Assembly: GCA_051009255.1 (NCBI GenBank) | Contig: JBPCWT010000331.1 | Coordinates: forward strand, 1 to 44,431 | Source: Ruegeria sp. | GTDB taxonomy: Bacteria > Pseudomonadota > Alphaproteobacteria > Rhodobacterales > Rhodobacteraceae | DNA length: 44,431 nt | Direction: 5' to 3' | Part shown: one piece after another, positions 1 to 9,137 of the stretch | Numbering within the stretch: the stretch's first letter is position 1 | Layout: every line of letters begins with the position of its first letter | Notes under the pieces: generated by a model | What the model was told of the DNA's origin: nothing | The model's input: the letters and a program-made list of their open reading frames with translations, nothing else | Database searches by the model: none | Translations under genes and position numbers: made by a program

Positions 1-1120
1 GTGCCAGTCCCAACTTGCCAAGGTTCAGCAATGCGGCCCCCGGGCCCGCGCTAAATCCCTGCCCGGCCGTCGCGGCAAACCCGTGAATACCAAAACCTGC
101 CATCACGTCGCCAAAGGGGACATATTCGCCAAACGGAACAAGGTGGTGTTTGTCGTACAGCCCGGCCTGCCGCCCATCTTCATCGAGATAGATCACCGAG
201 TTGTAAATCTGCGGCCCATCCCCGCGTTGTATACCCAACACAACCGGGGTGCCTTGGGCCGCGACGGAAATGGCATCAAGGTAAGGCTGAGCCGAGCCAA
301 GCCATGCCGGAACCGAGGTTTCGGGCCACACGATCAAATCCGGTCGTGGGGACGCCGCTGTGAATTCAATTTGGCGGTTGAAAAACAACGGCGCAAAATC
401 CGGGTCCCACTTCTGGTGTTGCGGGGCGTTCGGCTGCACCAGCCGAACGGTATGGGGCGACTGCTCGACCTCGGGTCGAGTACCCGCATAGGCCAATGCC
501 AAACCAGCACAGGTGAAGGTCACCGCCCCAGACGTCAAAACCGATCGCGGGCTTTTCCATCCCGCCAACGCGAACCCAAGCGGTATCGTGGCAACAAAGG
601 TCAATGCCCCCAACCCATAAGGGCCAACCAGCGCCAGCAATTGCGCGACCGGTGTTCCGACCCAGACCTGCGCAATACCTGCCCACGGGAACCCGGTCAG
701 CAGATAGCCACGCGCGAATTCTCCCAATGATAAAAGCACTATCAGCAATGCGGCCTGCAACAGCGGCGACGCATCGAGTCGCCTCGCCGCCCAAAACGCG
801 GGCGCCCAGAACAGTGCCATCCCCCCGGCCATCAATATCAGGGCAAATGGCGCCATCCACGCATACCGTTCTGCGTCAACCAGAAACGGCTCGACAATCC
901 ACATCAGGGCGTGACCAAAGTACCCGGTGGCAAATGCCCATCCCAGCCACGCAGCACGCGCCCGTGTTTCACACGTTAGAAACAGCACAGGCAACAGCAC
1001 CAACGACAGACCAGTTGCAACCCAGATGCCGAATGGTGCCAGACCAAATGCCGCCATCGTACCGAGACAGGCCGCCAGAACGAACCTCAGCCAAAAGGGC
1101 CAGCGTCCGACAGAATTCAT
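1..1120 (-). CDS. lnt: apolipoprotein N-acyltransferase (3' end runs off the window)
   Basis: Not in the ORF track because its stop lies outside the window. ATG at 1120 overlaps the corC stop (ATGA). Reads MNSVGRWPFWLRFVLAACLGTMAAFGLAPFGIW..., multi-TM, later contains VQPN and VWPET CN-hydrolase-type motifs. Canonical position after corC. Confidence 0.9.
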   Translation of the reverse strand, partial: MNSVGRWPFWLRFVLAACLGTMAAFGLAPFGIWVATGLSLVLLPVLFLTCETRARAAWLGWAFATGYFGHALMWIVEPFLVDAERYAWMAPFALILMAGGMALFWAPAFWAARRLDASPLLQAALLIVLLSLGEFARGYLLTGFPWAGIAQVWVGTPVAQLLALVGPYGLGALTFVATIPLGFALAGWKSPRSVLTSGAVTFTCAGLALAYAGTRPEVEQSPHTVRLVQPNAPQHQKWDPDFAPLFFNRQIEFTAASPRPDLIVWPETSVPAWLGSAQPYLDAISVAAQGTPVVLGIQRGDGPQIYNSVIYLDEDGRQAGLYDKHHLVPFGEYVPFGDVMAGFGIHGFAATAGQGFSAGPGAALLNLGKLGLA

Positions 1121-2004
1121 GCAGCGCTATCCGGCAACATCACGCGCAGCCGCTTGATGCGGCGCGGATCGGCGTCCATCACTTCGAATTCGGTTCCTTC
1201 GGGATGCAACACCACCTCGCCCCGCGTTGGAACACGGCCTGACAGCATGAAAACCAAACCACCCAGCGTTTCGATCTCTTCTTCGTCCACATCTTCGTGG
1301 CTGGTCAGTGATCGGCCGATCTCGGCCTCGAACTCTTCCAGCGGAACGCGGGCCTGCACGACATAACATCCCGGCTTTTCCTTGAGCCACAGCTGACTTT
1401 CGTCCGCGTCGTGTTCATCTGCGATCTCGCCGACAACCTGTTCGATCAGGTCTTCGATCGTCAGCAACCCGTCAACGCCACCATACTCGTCGATGACCAA
1501 CGCCATGTGTCGGCGTTCCGTTTGCATCTTGGTCAGCAATACACCGATAGACATCGAAGGCGGCACAAACAGCAGCGTCCGCAGCATGGATTTCAGGTCA
1601 AATTCCGAAGAGCTACCGTTGAATCCGTGCGTCAGGGCAAAATCCTTGAGGTGAATAAAACCCAATGGCGTATCCAAAGTGTTTTCATACACCGGTATCC
1701 GCGACATACCGCTTTCGCGGAACACTTGCGCAAGTTCCTCTTTCGATGTTGTCGAGGGGACAGATACGATTTCCGCTGTCGGAATCGCTACGTCTTCGAC
1801 CCTCATCCGACGCAGATTTATCATCCCGCGCGGCTGGACACTGGCCGCTTCGTGCCCATTGGCCAAAGTCGCCTCTTCGATTTCGTGAGAAGAAAAAGCG
1901 TCTATTATTCGGGATAATATTCCAGCCTTCTCTTCGGTGCCTTCATTGCGGTTCCCTGATTGCGCGCTTTGCGCCGCCCTAGAACTGCCGTCTGTATCGC
2001 CCAT
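1117..2004 (-). CDS. corC: CBS-pair/CorC_HlyC Mg2+/Co2+ transport-associated protein (YbeX)
   Basis: SRIPVY, MALVIDEYGGVDGLLTIEDLIEQVVGEIADEHD, ETLGGLV and DPRRIKRLRV motifs; lies between ybeY and lnt. Confidence 0.92.
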   Translation of the reverse strand: MGDTDGSSRAAQSAQSGNRNEGTEEKAGILSRIIDAFSSHEIEEATLANGHEAASVQPRGMINLRRMRVEDVAIPTAEIVSVPSTTSKEELAQVFRESGMSRIPVYENTLDTPLGFIHLKDFALTHGFNGSSSEFDLKSMLRTLLFVPPSMSIGVLLTKMQTERRHMALVIDEYGGVDGLLTIEDLIEQVVGEIADEHDADESQLWLKEKPGCYVVQARVPLEEFEAEIGRSLTSHEDVDEEEIETLGGLVFMLSGRVPTRGEVVLHPEGTEFEVMDADPRRIKRLRVMLPDSAA

Positions 2005-2040
2005 TTTCCTGTTCCAGTTGACCGGGTTCGTGAACCCTTT

Positions 2041-2535
2041 TCATACATTATATGGGTCATTGATACCCATTTTGCCAAGTATCTCGACTTCGACTGCCTC
2101 CATCAAAGTGGCGTCGGGGTCACGGATGTGGTCGTAACCCAACAAGTGCAAAACCGCATGAACGATTAGATGGCTTACATGATCGTCCACCGATTTACCT
2201 GCCTTATTCGCTTCGCGGACGCAGGTATCATAAGAAATCGCGATATCGCCCAACGCAATTTCGCCCGTGAAGTCGGCTTGTGGTTTGCTTGGATTTCCGC
2301 CAGCCACGCCCGAGGCAAGGTCCTCGGCAGGCCAGCTTAACACGTTGGTGGGCATTGGTTTTTCCCGAAACTCGGCATTCAGCTCTGCAATGCGCACGTC
2401 ATCGCATCCCAATACGCTGATTTCACAAATTTCCGGTTCTACTCCGCAATGTTTCAAAACCTCGGCAGCGGCTCGGCTGGCCAAAGGTTCCAGCCCCTGC
2501 CAACGGCCGTCTTCCATCGTGATCTCAATATTCAT
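2041..2535 (-). CDS. ybeY: rRNA maturation endoribonuclease YbeY
   Basis: PTNVLSWP, LGDIAIS and HAVLHLLGYDH (H3xH5xH) signature. Start moved to ATG 2535 (MNIEITME) to avoid overlap with phoH. Confidence 0.95.
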   Translation of the reverse strand: MNIEITMEDGRWQGLEPLASRAAAEVLKHCGVEPEICEISVLGCDDVRIAELNAEFREKPMPTNVLSWPAEDLASGVAGGNPSKPQADFTGEIALGDIAISYDTCVREANKAGKSVDDHVSHLIVHAVLHLLGYDHIRDPDATLMEAVEVEILGKMGINDPYNV

Positions 2536-2578
2536 GTGTCGGCGTCCGGTGATCAGAAATCGCGGGCCGCGAAACGTA

Positions 2579-3601
2579 TCATCCGGTTTCGCGGCCAGCT
2601 TCTGCCTCATACGCTTCGATAATGGCGGCGACAAGCGGGTGCCGCACCACGTCTTTCGAAGTGAAATAGTTGAAACTGATGTTCGGGATTGTCTTCAACA
2701 GCCTTTCAGCGTCCGCAAGGCCCGAGGCGACGCCGCGCGGCAAATCAACCTGCGATCGGTCACCTGTAATGACCATTCTGCTGCCCTCGCCCAATCGGGT
2801 CAGGAACATCTTCATCTGCATGGTCGTGGCATTCTGCGCTTCGTCCAGAACTACGAACGCATTCGCCAGCGTCCGCCCGCGCATAAATGCCAATGGCGCG
2901 ATTTCGATACGTTTTTCCTCGATCAGTTTTGCCAGTTGCTTGCCCGGCAGGAAATCATTCAGCGCGTCATAAAGCGGCTGCATATAAGGATCGACCTTGT
3001 CCTTCATGTCGCCCGGCAAATACCCCAGCTTTTCCCCCGCTTCGACAGCAGGCCGGCTAAGGATGATGCGGTCCACATGGCCGCCGATAAACATCGAAAC
3101 ACCAACCGCAACCGCCAGGTAGGTTTTACCGGTACCGGCGGGTCCGATTCCAAATGCCAACTCATTCTGAAACAGCGACTGAACATAGGCTTTCTGGGCA
3201 TCCGTGCGCGGCTCGACCAGTTTCTTGCGTGTCTTGATCTCGACCTTGCCGCCCTTGAACATTTCCAACTGATCGCCGTCACGCGCACCTGTGTCGGCCT
3301 CCGATCCACCCATCCTCAGCTCTCGGTCAACATCGGCGGCTTCGACAGGACGGCCCCCTTCAAGGCGGGTATAAAGCGCCTGCAGCACCTCGATTGCCTG
3401 CTTCTGGGATTCTTCGTCTCCCATCACGACAAGCTGATTGCCGCGCCTTAAAATCTGTACCGAGAGATTGCGCTCAATCTCGGCCAGATTGCGGTCATAC
3501 TCACCACAAAGATCTATCAGCAATCTGTTATCTGGAAATTCAACAAAAGCCTCAGACTGGGGCATGTTGTCTGGCGGTGGGGTCAGGGCGCCGATGGCCA
3601 A
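2579..3601 (-). CDS. phoH: PhoH-family ATPase (YbeZ)
   Basis: GPAGTGKT Walker A, SRPAVEAGEKLGYLPG, LDEAQN, DVVRHPLV. TTG start at 3601 follows an AGGAGA SD. Confidence 0.93.
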   Translation of the reverse strand: MAIGALTPPPDNMPQSEAFVEFPDNRLLIDLCGEYDRNLAEIERNLSVQILRRGNQLVVMGDEESQKQAIEVLQALYTRLEGGRPVEAADVDRELRMGGSEADTGARDGDQLEMFKGGKVEIKTRKKLVEPRTDAQKAYVQSLFQNELAFGIGPAGTGKTYLAVAVGVSMFIGGHVDRIILSRPAVEAGEKLGYLPGDMKDKVDPYMQPLYDALNDFLPGKQLAKLIEEKRIEIAPLAFMRGRTLANAFVVLDEAQNATTMQMKMFLTRLGEGSRMVITGDRSQVDLPRGVASGLADAERLLKTIPNISFNYFTSKDVVRHPLVAAIIEAYEAEAGRETG

Positions 3602-3763
3602 TACGTTCTCCTGTCTTGGCGTTACACTTTGAGCGTAGACAACATGTCTTTGCAGAAGCAAGTCAGAGTTTCACTTTTTCCGTCGATTGCAACAAAACAG
3701 CCCGAAAGTGCAGCACTGTGAAATCTATCCAACACCAGAAATTGCGGAATATTTGACTTAAAG

Positions 3764-4564
3764 TCAGAACCGGTAATTCAAACCAAACCGCAATCCGCCA
3801 TAAGTCGGCGTCGATTTGGTAGACAGAGACGAATTGAAATCAATCACTTTCGACTCGAACTGAACGTATTCGTACTCACCGGTAAGCGACCAGTTATCGG
3901 TCAACTGATGTTCTGCCCCGATGCTCAGCAGCAATCCATTTCGCCGATCCGATTTCTCTGTCACATTTGATGACAGGCCATCCGTTGTTCCAGCTGCGGT
4001 TTTTACATTGCCGTTTACATAGCCAATCGACGCGAAATACAGCGTGCTTCGCTTACGATTCGTCAGACCGCTGCGAAAACGAAAGCCGAATAAATCCGTA
4101 ATTTCGGACCGGCCACCAACATTTGCGCTGCCAAACTGACGGCTGACACTGTCCTCGATCGACGCGAAATCATAGCTCAGTTCGACGCCATAGGAATAAT
4201 CCCGGTTCCCGCTGGCCGGAACAGACGTGCGCCAGCCGCCACGCAGCCCGCCGAAACTGCCCGACGCCTTAAGATCGCCGATGTTCACGGGCGCACCGGT
4301 CGTCCTTAACCCGAACTCGTCACTGAAACCCCACGCATATCCCAGGCTGAGGCCCGCATAAAAATAGCTTGTACTGTCCACGGTAACTGGCGGCCCGATA
4401 ACAACCGGGTCTGCTAGGGGGCTGGACGGGTTTCCTGCGTAAGCCGGAAGGCCAAAGCAGATCGCGGTCATGGAAAGGAATACAGGTCGAAAAAGACCAA
4501 CGATCAGACTTTGGGCATTGGACACAATATGCACTCGCACCCCCCTGAACGGTGGCCCAAACAT
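3764..4564 (-). CDS. outer-membrane beta-barrel protein (Omp25/porin-like); true start may be downstream (~4470)
   Basis: Signal-peptide-like segment ending AYA, YAGLSLGY first strand, IGAEHQLTDNWSLTGEYEY, and C-terminal GLNYRF BAM-type motif. Confidence 0.75.
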   Translation of the reverse strand: MFGPPFRGVRVHIVSNAQSLIVGLFRPVFLSMTAICFGLPAYAGNPSSPLADPVVIGPPVTVDSTSYFYAGLSLGYAWGFSDEFGLRTTGAPVNIGDLKASGSFGGLRGGWRTSVPASGNRDYSYGVELSYDFASIEDSVSRQFGSANVGGRSEITDLFGFRFRSGLTNRKRSTLYFASIGYVNGNVKTAAGTTDGLSSNVTEKSDRRNGLLLSIGAEHQLTDNWSLTGEYEYVQFESKVIDFNSSLSTKSTPTYGGLRFGLNYRF

Positions 4565-4720
4565 CTAGGGCCAGCCCAACCAATCGTACAAAAACTCACC
4601 CAAAATACGCCCCGCTGCTCTGTCTGGCTCTTTTGGAAACATAGTTCCAAGTTATAAATCAAGTGTAAAAAAAGGAAATCATCGCTAAATGTTGTGCCGT
4701 TCTGTTGCGCGGATACCTGC

Positions 4721-6040
4721 TCAGATCAATTCACCAGCCAGTGAATTGGAACCAGAGGATTTAATCCGAACCCGGCGCAGATCACCAGCCACCACATCGG
4801 CCTCTGATACGTGAACAGCGTGAAGATATTCTGATTTTCCAACCATCTGCCCCGGCAAACGGCCCGGTTTTTCAAACAGAACACTGACCTCGCGCCCGAC
4901 CATCGCGTCCTGAATTTCGCGTTGATGCTGCGTGATCAGGGCCTGAAGACGTTGCAGGCGGTTATCCGCCTCTGCGGCCTCTACCTGTGGTCGCTCGGCA
5001 GCAGGGGTGCCCGGCCGGGACGAGTATTTAAAGGAGTAAGCGTAGCCATATTTAACCTCCTGAACCAGATCGAGTGTGGCCTGAAAGTCTTCTTCGGTCT
5101 CTTCGGGGAACCCAACGATAAAATCCCCGGACATCAGGATATCCGGTCGGGCAGCGCGAATGCGTTCAATCAGCCGCAAATAGCTTTCGGCTGTGTGGCT
5201 GCGGTTCATCCGCTTCAGGATTTTGTCCGATCCCGACTGCACCGGCAGGTGCAGGTACGGCATCAGTTTTTCGCAGGTGGCATGAGCCTCGATCAGATCA
5301 TCGGCCATATCGTTGGGATGGGACGTGGTAAACCGGATACGCTCCAACCCGTCCACCTTGTTCAACTCCCAGATCAATCCGGCCAGCGTCATATCACCAT
5401 CCGAACCGGCACCGTGATAGGCGTTGACGTTTTGCCCCAGCAACGTGATTTCGCGCACGCCGCGTTCTACCAGATCCTGCGCCTCGCGCAGGATGCGGTC
5501 TGTCGGGCGGCTGACCTCTGCGCCACGGGTATACGGAACAACACAAAAGGCACAGAACTTGTCGCACCCCTCCTGCACCGTCAGGAATGCAGTTGGTCCC
5601 CTTTTGCTTTTGGGGCGGTTCTTGAGTTTCTCAAACTTGTCCTCTTCGGGAAAGTCCGTGTCCAGCGCCTTTTCCCCGGCTTGGGCTTTCGCCTCCATTT
5701 CGGGCAATCGGTGATAGCTTTGCGGTCCAACGACCAAATCGACCATGGGCTGCCGGCGCATAATCTCGGCCCCCTCAGCCTGCGCGACGCAGCCGGCCAC
5801 ACCGATCTTGAGGTCAGGTTTTTCCGCCTTCAGCCCCTTGAATCGACCCAGTTCCGAATAAACCTTCTCTGCCGCTTTTTCGCGGATATGGCAGGTATTC
5901 AACAGGATCATATCCGCGTCATCCGGGCTTTGCGTTTCCACATAACCCTTACCGCCCAGCGCCTCGGCCATACGCTCGCTGTCATAGACGTTCATCTGGC
6001 AGCCATAGGTCTTGATAAACAGCTTTTTCGGATCAGACAT
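4721..6040 (-). CDS. miaB: tRNA-2-methylthio-N6-dimethylallyladenosine synthase
   Basis: [21 protein letters not shown], radical-SAM CDKFCAFC and C-terminal TRAM domain; ATG at 6040. Confidence 0.97.
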   Translation of the reverse strand: MSDPKKLFIKTYGCQMNVYDSERMAEALGGKGYVETQSPDDADMILLNTCHIREKAAEKVYSELGRFKGLKAEKPDLKIGVAGCVAQAEGAEIMRRQPMVDLVVGPQSYHRLPEMEAKAQAGEKALDTDFPEEDKFEKLKNRPKSKRGPTAFLTVQEGCDKFCAFCVVPYTRGAEVSRPTDRILREAQDLVERGVREITLLGQNVNAYHGAGSDGDMTLAGLIWELNKVDGLERIRFTTSHPNDMADDLIEAHATCEKLMPYLHLPVQSGSDKILKRMNRSHTAESYLRLIERIRAARPDILMSGDFIVGFPEETEEDFQATLDLVQEVKYGYAYSFKYSSRPGTPAAERPQVEAAEADNRLQRLQALITQHQREIQDAMVGREVSVLFEKPGRLPGQMVGKSEYLHAVHVSEADVVAGDLRRVRIKSSGSNSLAGELI

Positions 6041-6156
6041 AAGACGGACCTTTGCGTTCGCGGGACCGGCGTCGTCTATACCCAACGGACGCCGCTTGCA
6101 ATGGACGCGGAATTACCCGACTTTGGCCGTTACTTCCACCCGCAAGCAAGGCGCCG

Positions 6157-7023
6157 ATGCAACACGAATCTCTTGACCAATTCCTGAGGAACGGAAACCG
6201 GGATTTGAGCAATGGCCCGGTTGCGCTTGTTTTTGTCGAGGATGATGCCGAGGTCGATGGCACATTACGCCATCACCTGAATCTGGGTTTTCCGACTGTG
6301 GTCGCATTTATGCCGCCGGAATTCGAATTGGAACCGGACCTCGCTGATCGCATCCACCGCGTGAACATGATTTGTGCCCCGCGCATGATGGTCTTTGACA
6401 CGATCAACCGGGCCATCAGCGCCGCGCCCGGCACCTGGATGTACTACTGCTACAACGCCGAGTACCTGTTCTATCCCTTCTGCGAAACACGCACGATCAA
6501 AGAGTTGCTGGCCTTTCATACCGAAGAACGGCGTGATGCGATGCTGACTTATGTGATCGACCTGTATGCCAGCGATCTGGGCCAGTTCCCAAATGCCGTG
6601 GCACCTGCACAGGCGATGTTTGACAGGTCAGGCTACTACACACATGCCCGGACTGATCCGGAAACCAAGGAACCTTTTGATCGGCAACTCGACATATCCG
6701 GTGGTCTGCGCTGGCGGTTCGAAGAACGCATTCCCCATGAAAGACGCCGTATTGATCGCATTGGATTGTTCAAATCGCGCAATGGGCTGAAACTTAGTAA
6801 GGATCACACATTAAATGATCCAGAATACAACACATACTCCTGCCCGTGGCACCACAACATGACCGCGGCCATCTGTTCGTTCCGCGCGGCCAAGGCGCTT
6901 AGGCTCAACGGTGGGTCGACTTATGATATCCCGGATTTCCGCTGGCGCGAATCTGTGCTGTTTGAATGGAATTCTCGGCAACTGCTGGATATGGGATTCA
7001 TTGAATCCGGACAGTGGTTCTGA
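6157..7023 (+). CDS. conserved hypothetical protein, glycosyltransferase family 2-like
   Basis: Long ORF divergent from miaB; FVEDD, HHLNLGF and W-x-YYCYNAEYLFYP resemble Rhodobacterales GT2-like proteins. Start taken at MQHESL. Confidence 0.6.
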   Translation: MQHESLDQFLRNGNRDLSNGPVALVFVEDDAEVDGTLRHHLNLGFPTVVAFMPPEFELEPDLADRIHRVNMICAPRMMVFDTINRAISAAPGTWMYYCYNAEYLFYPFCETRTIKELLAFHTEERRDAMLTYVIDLYASDLGQFPNAVAPAQAMFDRSGYYTHARTDPETKEPFDRQLDISGGLRWRFEERIPHERRRIDRIGLFKSRNGLKLSKDHTLNDPEYNTYSCPWHHNMTAAICSFRAAKALRLNGGSTYDIPDFRWRESVLFEWNSRQLLDMGFIESGQWF

Positions 7024-7088
7024 CTTTTCTCATCTATTGCTTTCGGCAACCCAAAGCTTTCGAAGCCGAGTGCGGACGCAACCAAACC

Positions 7089-7886
7089 TTAGCGTTGGAA
7101 AAGCACTGGAAACCAATCTTCGCGCAGGCGTTGGCCCGGTTTCATGTCATGTCCCGGAAACGGGGGCGAGGTTCTGCCCGGGCGTTCGACGTACCGAGCA
7201 TCATCCCCAACAAGGCGCAGTGAAAACGCCCGGCGGCGCGCGTCCGAGGTGTTGCCCCGCGCACCGTGCAATATGCGGTAATGAAACGCCACCGCATCAC
7301 CCGGTTCCATTTCGAACTCCACGACCCGCATTCCTTCGGCGTCGGGATCGGGCACAGGCATGTACTGACCTTCGTCCGCAAAATACATTTCTTCCGATAC
7401 CCAGCGTGTCGGTAAAACTTCTTTTTCCCACTGATGCGACCCGGCAACGCAACGCAAGGTCGCTTCTTTTACCGGATCAAGCGGCGACCAAAAACTGATG
7501 GTCTGCCGCCCCTCGACAAAATAATAGGGTCCATCTTGATGCCATGGTGTTGCCATCGACGTACCGGGTTCTTTTACCAAAACGTGATCGTGAAACATCT
7601 GGGCAGATTGCGATTGCATCAGGTCCGCGCCAACCTCGGCAGCCGGTGAATGTTCAACTGCATCGCGGAACTGGGATATTCTTGTCCAGTTGCAGTAATC
7701 ATCAAAAAACCGCCCGGATTCGCCCTCTTTCTTGTTTTCCGAAGCATAAGGGCCGGGCTCGGCCATGTTCGCCGCAATCCCGTCACGCAGCGCTTCGACC
7801 TGCTTTGCGAACAGTCCTTTGACCAGAACCACACCATCATTCTGATAGGTTTCGATCATGTCCCGAGTGACGAGTGGATGCGCCAT
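7089..7886 (-). CDS. phytanoyl-CoA dioxygenase (PhyH) family Fe(II)/2OG dioxygenase
   Basis: KEPG...TPWHQD (HxD), EPGDAVAFH..LHGA (distal His) and RRAFS. Confidence 0.88.
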   Translation of the reverse strand: MAHPLVTRDMIETYQNDGVVLVKGLFAKQVEALRDGIAANMAEPGPYASENKKEGESGRFFDDYCNWTRISQFRDAVEHSPAAEVGADLMQSQSAQMFHDHVLVKEPGTSMATPWHQDGPYYFVEGRQTISFWSPLDPVKEATLRCVAGSHQWEKEVLPTRWVSEEMYFADEGQYMPVPDPDAEGMRVVEFEMEPGDAVAFHYRILHGARGNTSDARRRAFSLRLVGDDARYVERPGRTSPPFPGHDMKPGQRLREDWFPVLFQR

Positions 7887-7971
7887 GACTAATTCCCTTC
7901 AAACACGCGTACGGACTGCACGCGCCTGACGCGCCGGTTCAAATCAATTCCTGAAGGGAAAGCAAGCAGCT

Positions 7972-8388
7972 TTATTTCCTGCGAAGACGGATCACCACGT
8001 CAACGGATGCGATCTCGACCCCATCTGGGGCTTCGGGCAGGCGATGGATGACAAGCTGATCCGAAGGAGCATCGCTCAGGCGGCCCTCGTCTTCCCAATA
8101 AAAATGGGGATGATCATGCGTATTGGTGTCAAAATAGCTTTTGGATCCGTCGACCGTGATTTCCTGCAAAACCCCTGCGTCGCAAAAAGCACGCAGCGTA
8201 TTATAGACAGTTGCCAACGAAACAGCAGCGCCCGTTGATTTTGCTGCCTCAAAAAGGCTTTCAGCGGTCACGTGACGATGACGGCCATCGCCGACCAACA
8301 ATTCGGCCAGCGCAACACGCTGACGTGTGGGTCGCAAATTTGCATCGACCAACCAATTTGTCGCTAATTTCTGGCTTTGAGGCGTCAT
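7972..8388 (-). CDS. irr: iron response regulator Irr (Fur family)
   Basis: LRPTRQR, RHVTAE, SLATVYNTL, YFDTNTHDHPHF (HxH) and VDVVIRLR; divergent from fabA. Confidence 0.92.
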   Translation of the reverse strand: MTPQSQKLATNWLVDANLRPTRQRVALAELLVGDGRHRHVTAESLFEAAKSTGAAVSLATVYNTLRAFCDAGVLQEITVDGSKSYFDTNTHDHPHFYWEDEGRLSDAPSDQLVIHRLPEAPDGVEIASVDVVIRLRRK

Positions 8389-8438
8389 CGAACCGATACC
8401 CGTTATTGCTAACACCTTATATAAGAGCGCCGATGCAG

Positions 8439-8465
8439 GAATTTCAAATGAAATTCATTCGCATT
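8439..8465. promoter_or_regulatory. candidate Fur/Mur-type operator upstream of irr
   Basis: Perfect 8-2-8 inverted repeat GAATTTCA-AA-TGAAATTC (8439-8456) overlapping an imperfect 9-1-9 box AATGAAATT-C-ATTCGCATT (8447-8465). Confidence 0.55.
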
Positions 8466-8578
8466 GTAAAGTTGGGTCCGGTACGGGATGTGGCGCGGCA
8501 ACTCTTGCAGGACCTTGCTAACGGGTGCTAGACGAGGCCAGATACAAAGAACGGACCCATGGCAGGAGAGGCGGCAAA

Positions 8579-9088
8579 ATGGCCCAATTCCCGAGCAGCT
8601 TTGACAAAGACGATCTGCTGAAATGCGCCCGCGGCGAATTATTCGGCCCAGGCAATGCACAATTGCCGGAACCTCCGATGCTTATGATGGACCGGATAAC
8701 CGAGGTTTCCGGTGACGGCGGTCCCCATGGCAAGGGCCATGTGATCGCAGAATTCGATATATCGCCCGACCTTTGGTTCTTTGATTGCCATTTTCCCGGC
8801 AATCCGATCATGCCGGGCTGTCTGGGGCTGGATGGCCTGTGGCAGCTGACAGGCTTCAATCTGGGCTGGCGGGGCTGGCAAGGGCGCGGATATGCAATCG
8901 GCACCGGCGAGATCAAGCTGACCGGAATGGTTCGCCCAGACCGTAAAATGCTGACTTATTACGTTGATTTCACTAAGGCTATACAAACGCGCCGTTTGAC
9001 AATGGGTGTTGCAGACGGCCGCGTCGAAGCAGATGGTGAAGTGATCTATCAGGTCAAAGACATGAAGGTTGCATTGTCCGAAAGCTGA
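8579..9088 (+). CDS. fabA: 3-hydroxyacyl-ACP dehydratase/isomerase FabA
   Basis: [33 protein letters not shown]; AGGAG SD upstream. Confidence 0.97.
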   Translation: MAQFPSSFDKDDLLKCARGELFGPGNAQLPEPPMLMMDRITEVSGDGGPHGKGHVIAEFDISPDLWFFDCHFPGNPIMPGCLGLDGLWQLTGFNLGWRGWQGRGYAIGTGEIKLTGMVRPDRKMLTYYVDFTKAIQTRRLTMGVADGRVEADGEVIYQVKDMKVALSES

Positions 9089-9137
9089 CCCCAACTGTCG
9101 GTCAGGTAAGTAAAGAACGGAACACAGGAGTACGCAA

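Noticed and set aside
83-1242. Plus-strand ORFs 83-730 and 604-1242 and minus-strand ORF 366-860
   Set aside because: Shadow frames of lnt, which the track missed because its stop is outside the window.
2267-6187. Long antisense ORFs of 394 aa (2267-3451) and 421 aa (4922-6187)
   Set aside because: Antisense shadows of phoH/ybeY and miaB, expected in GC-rich coding DNA; no recognisable motifs.
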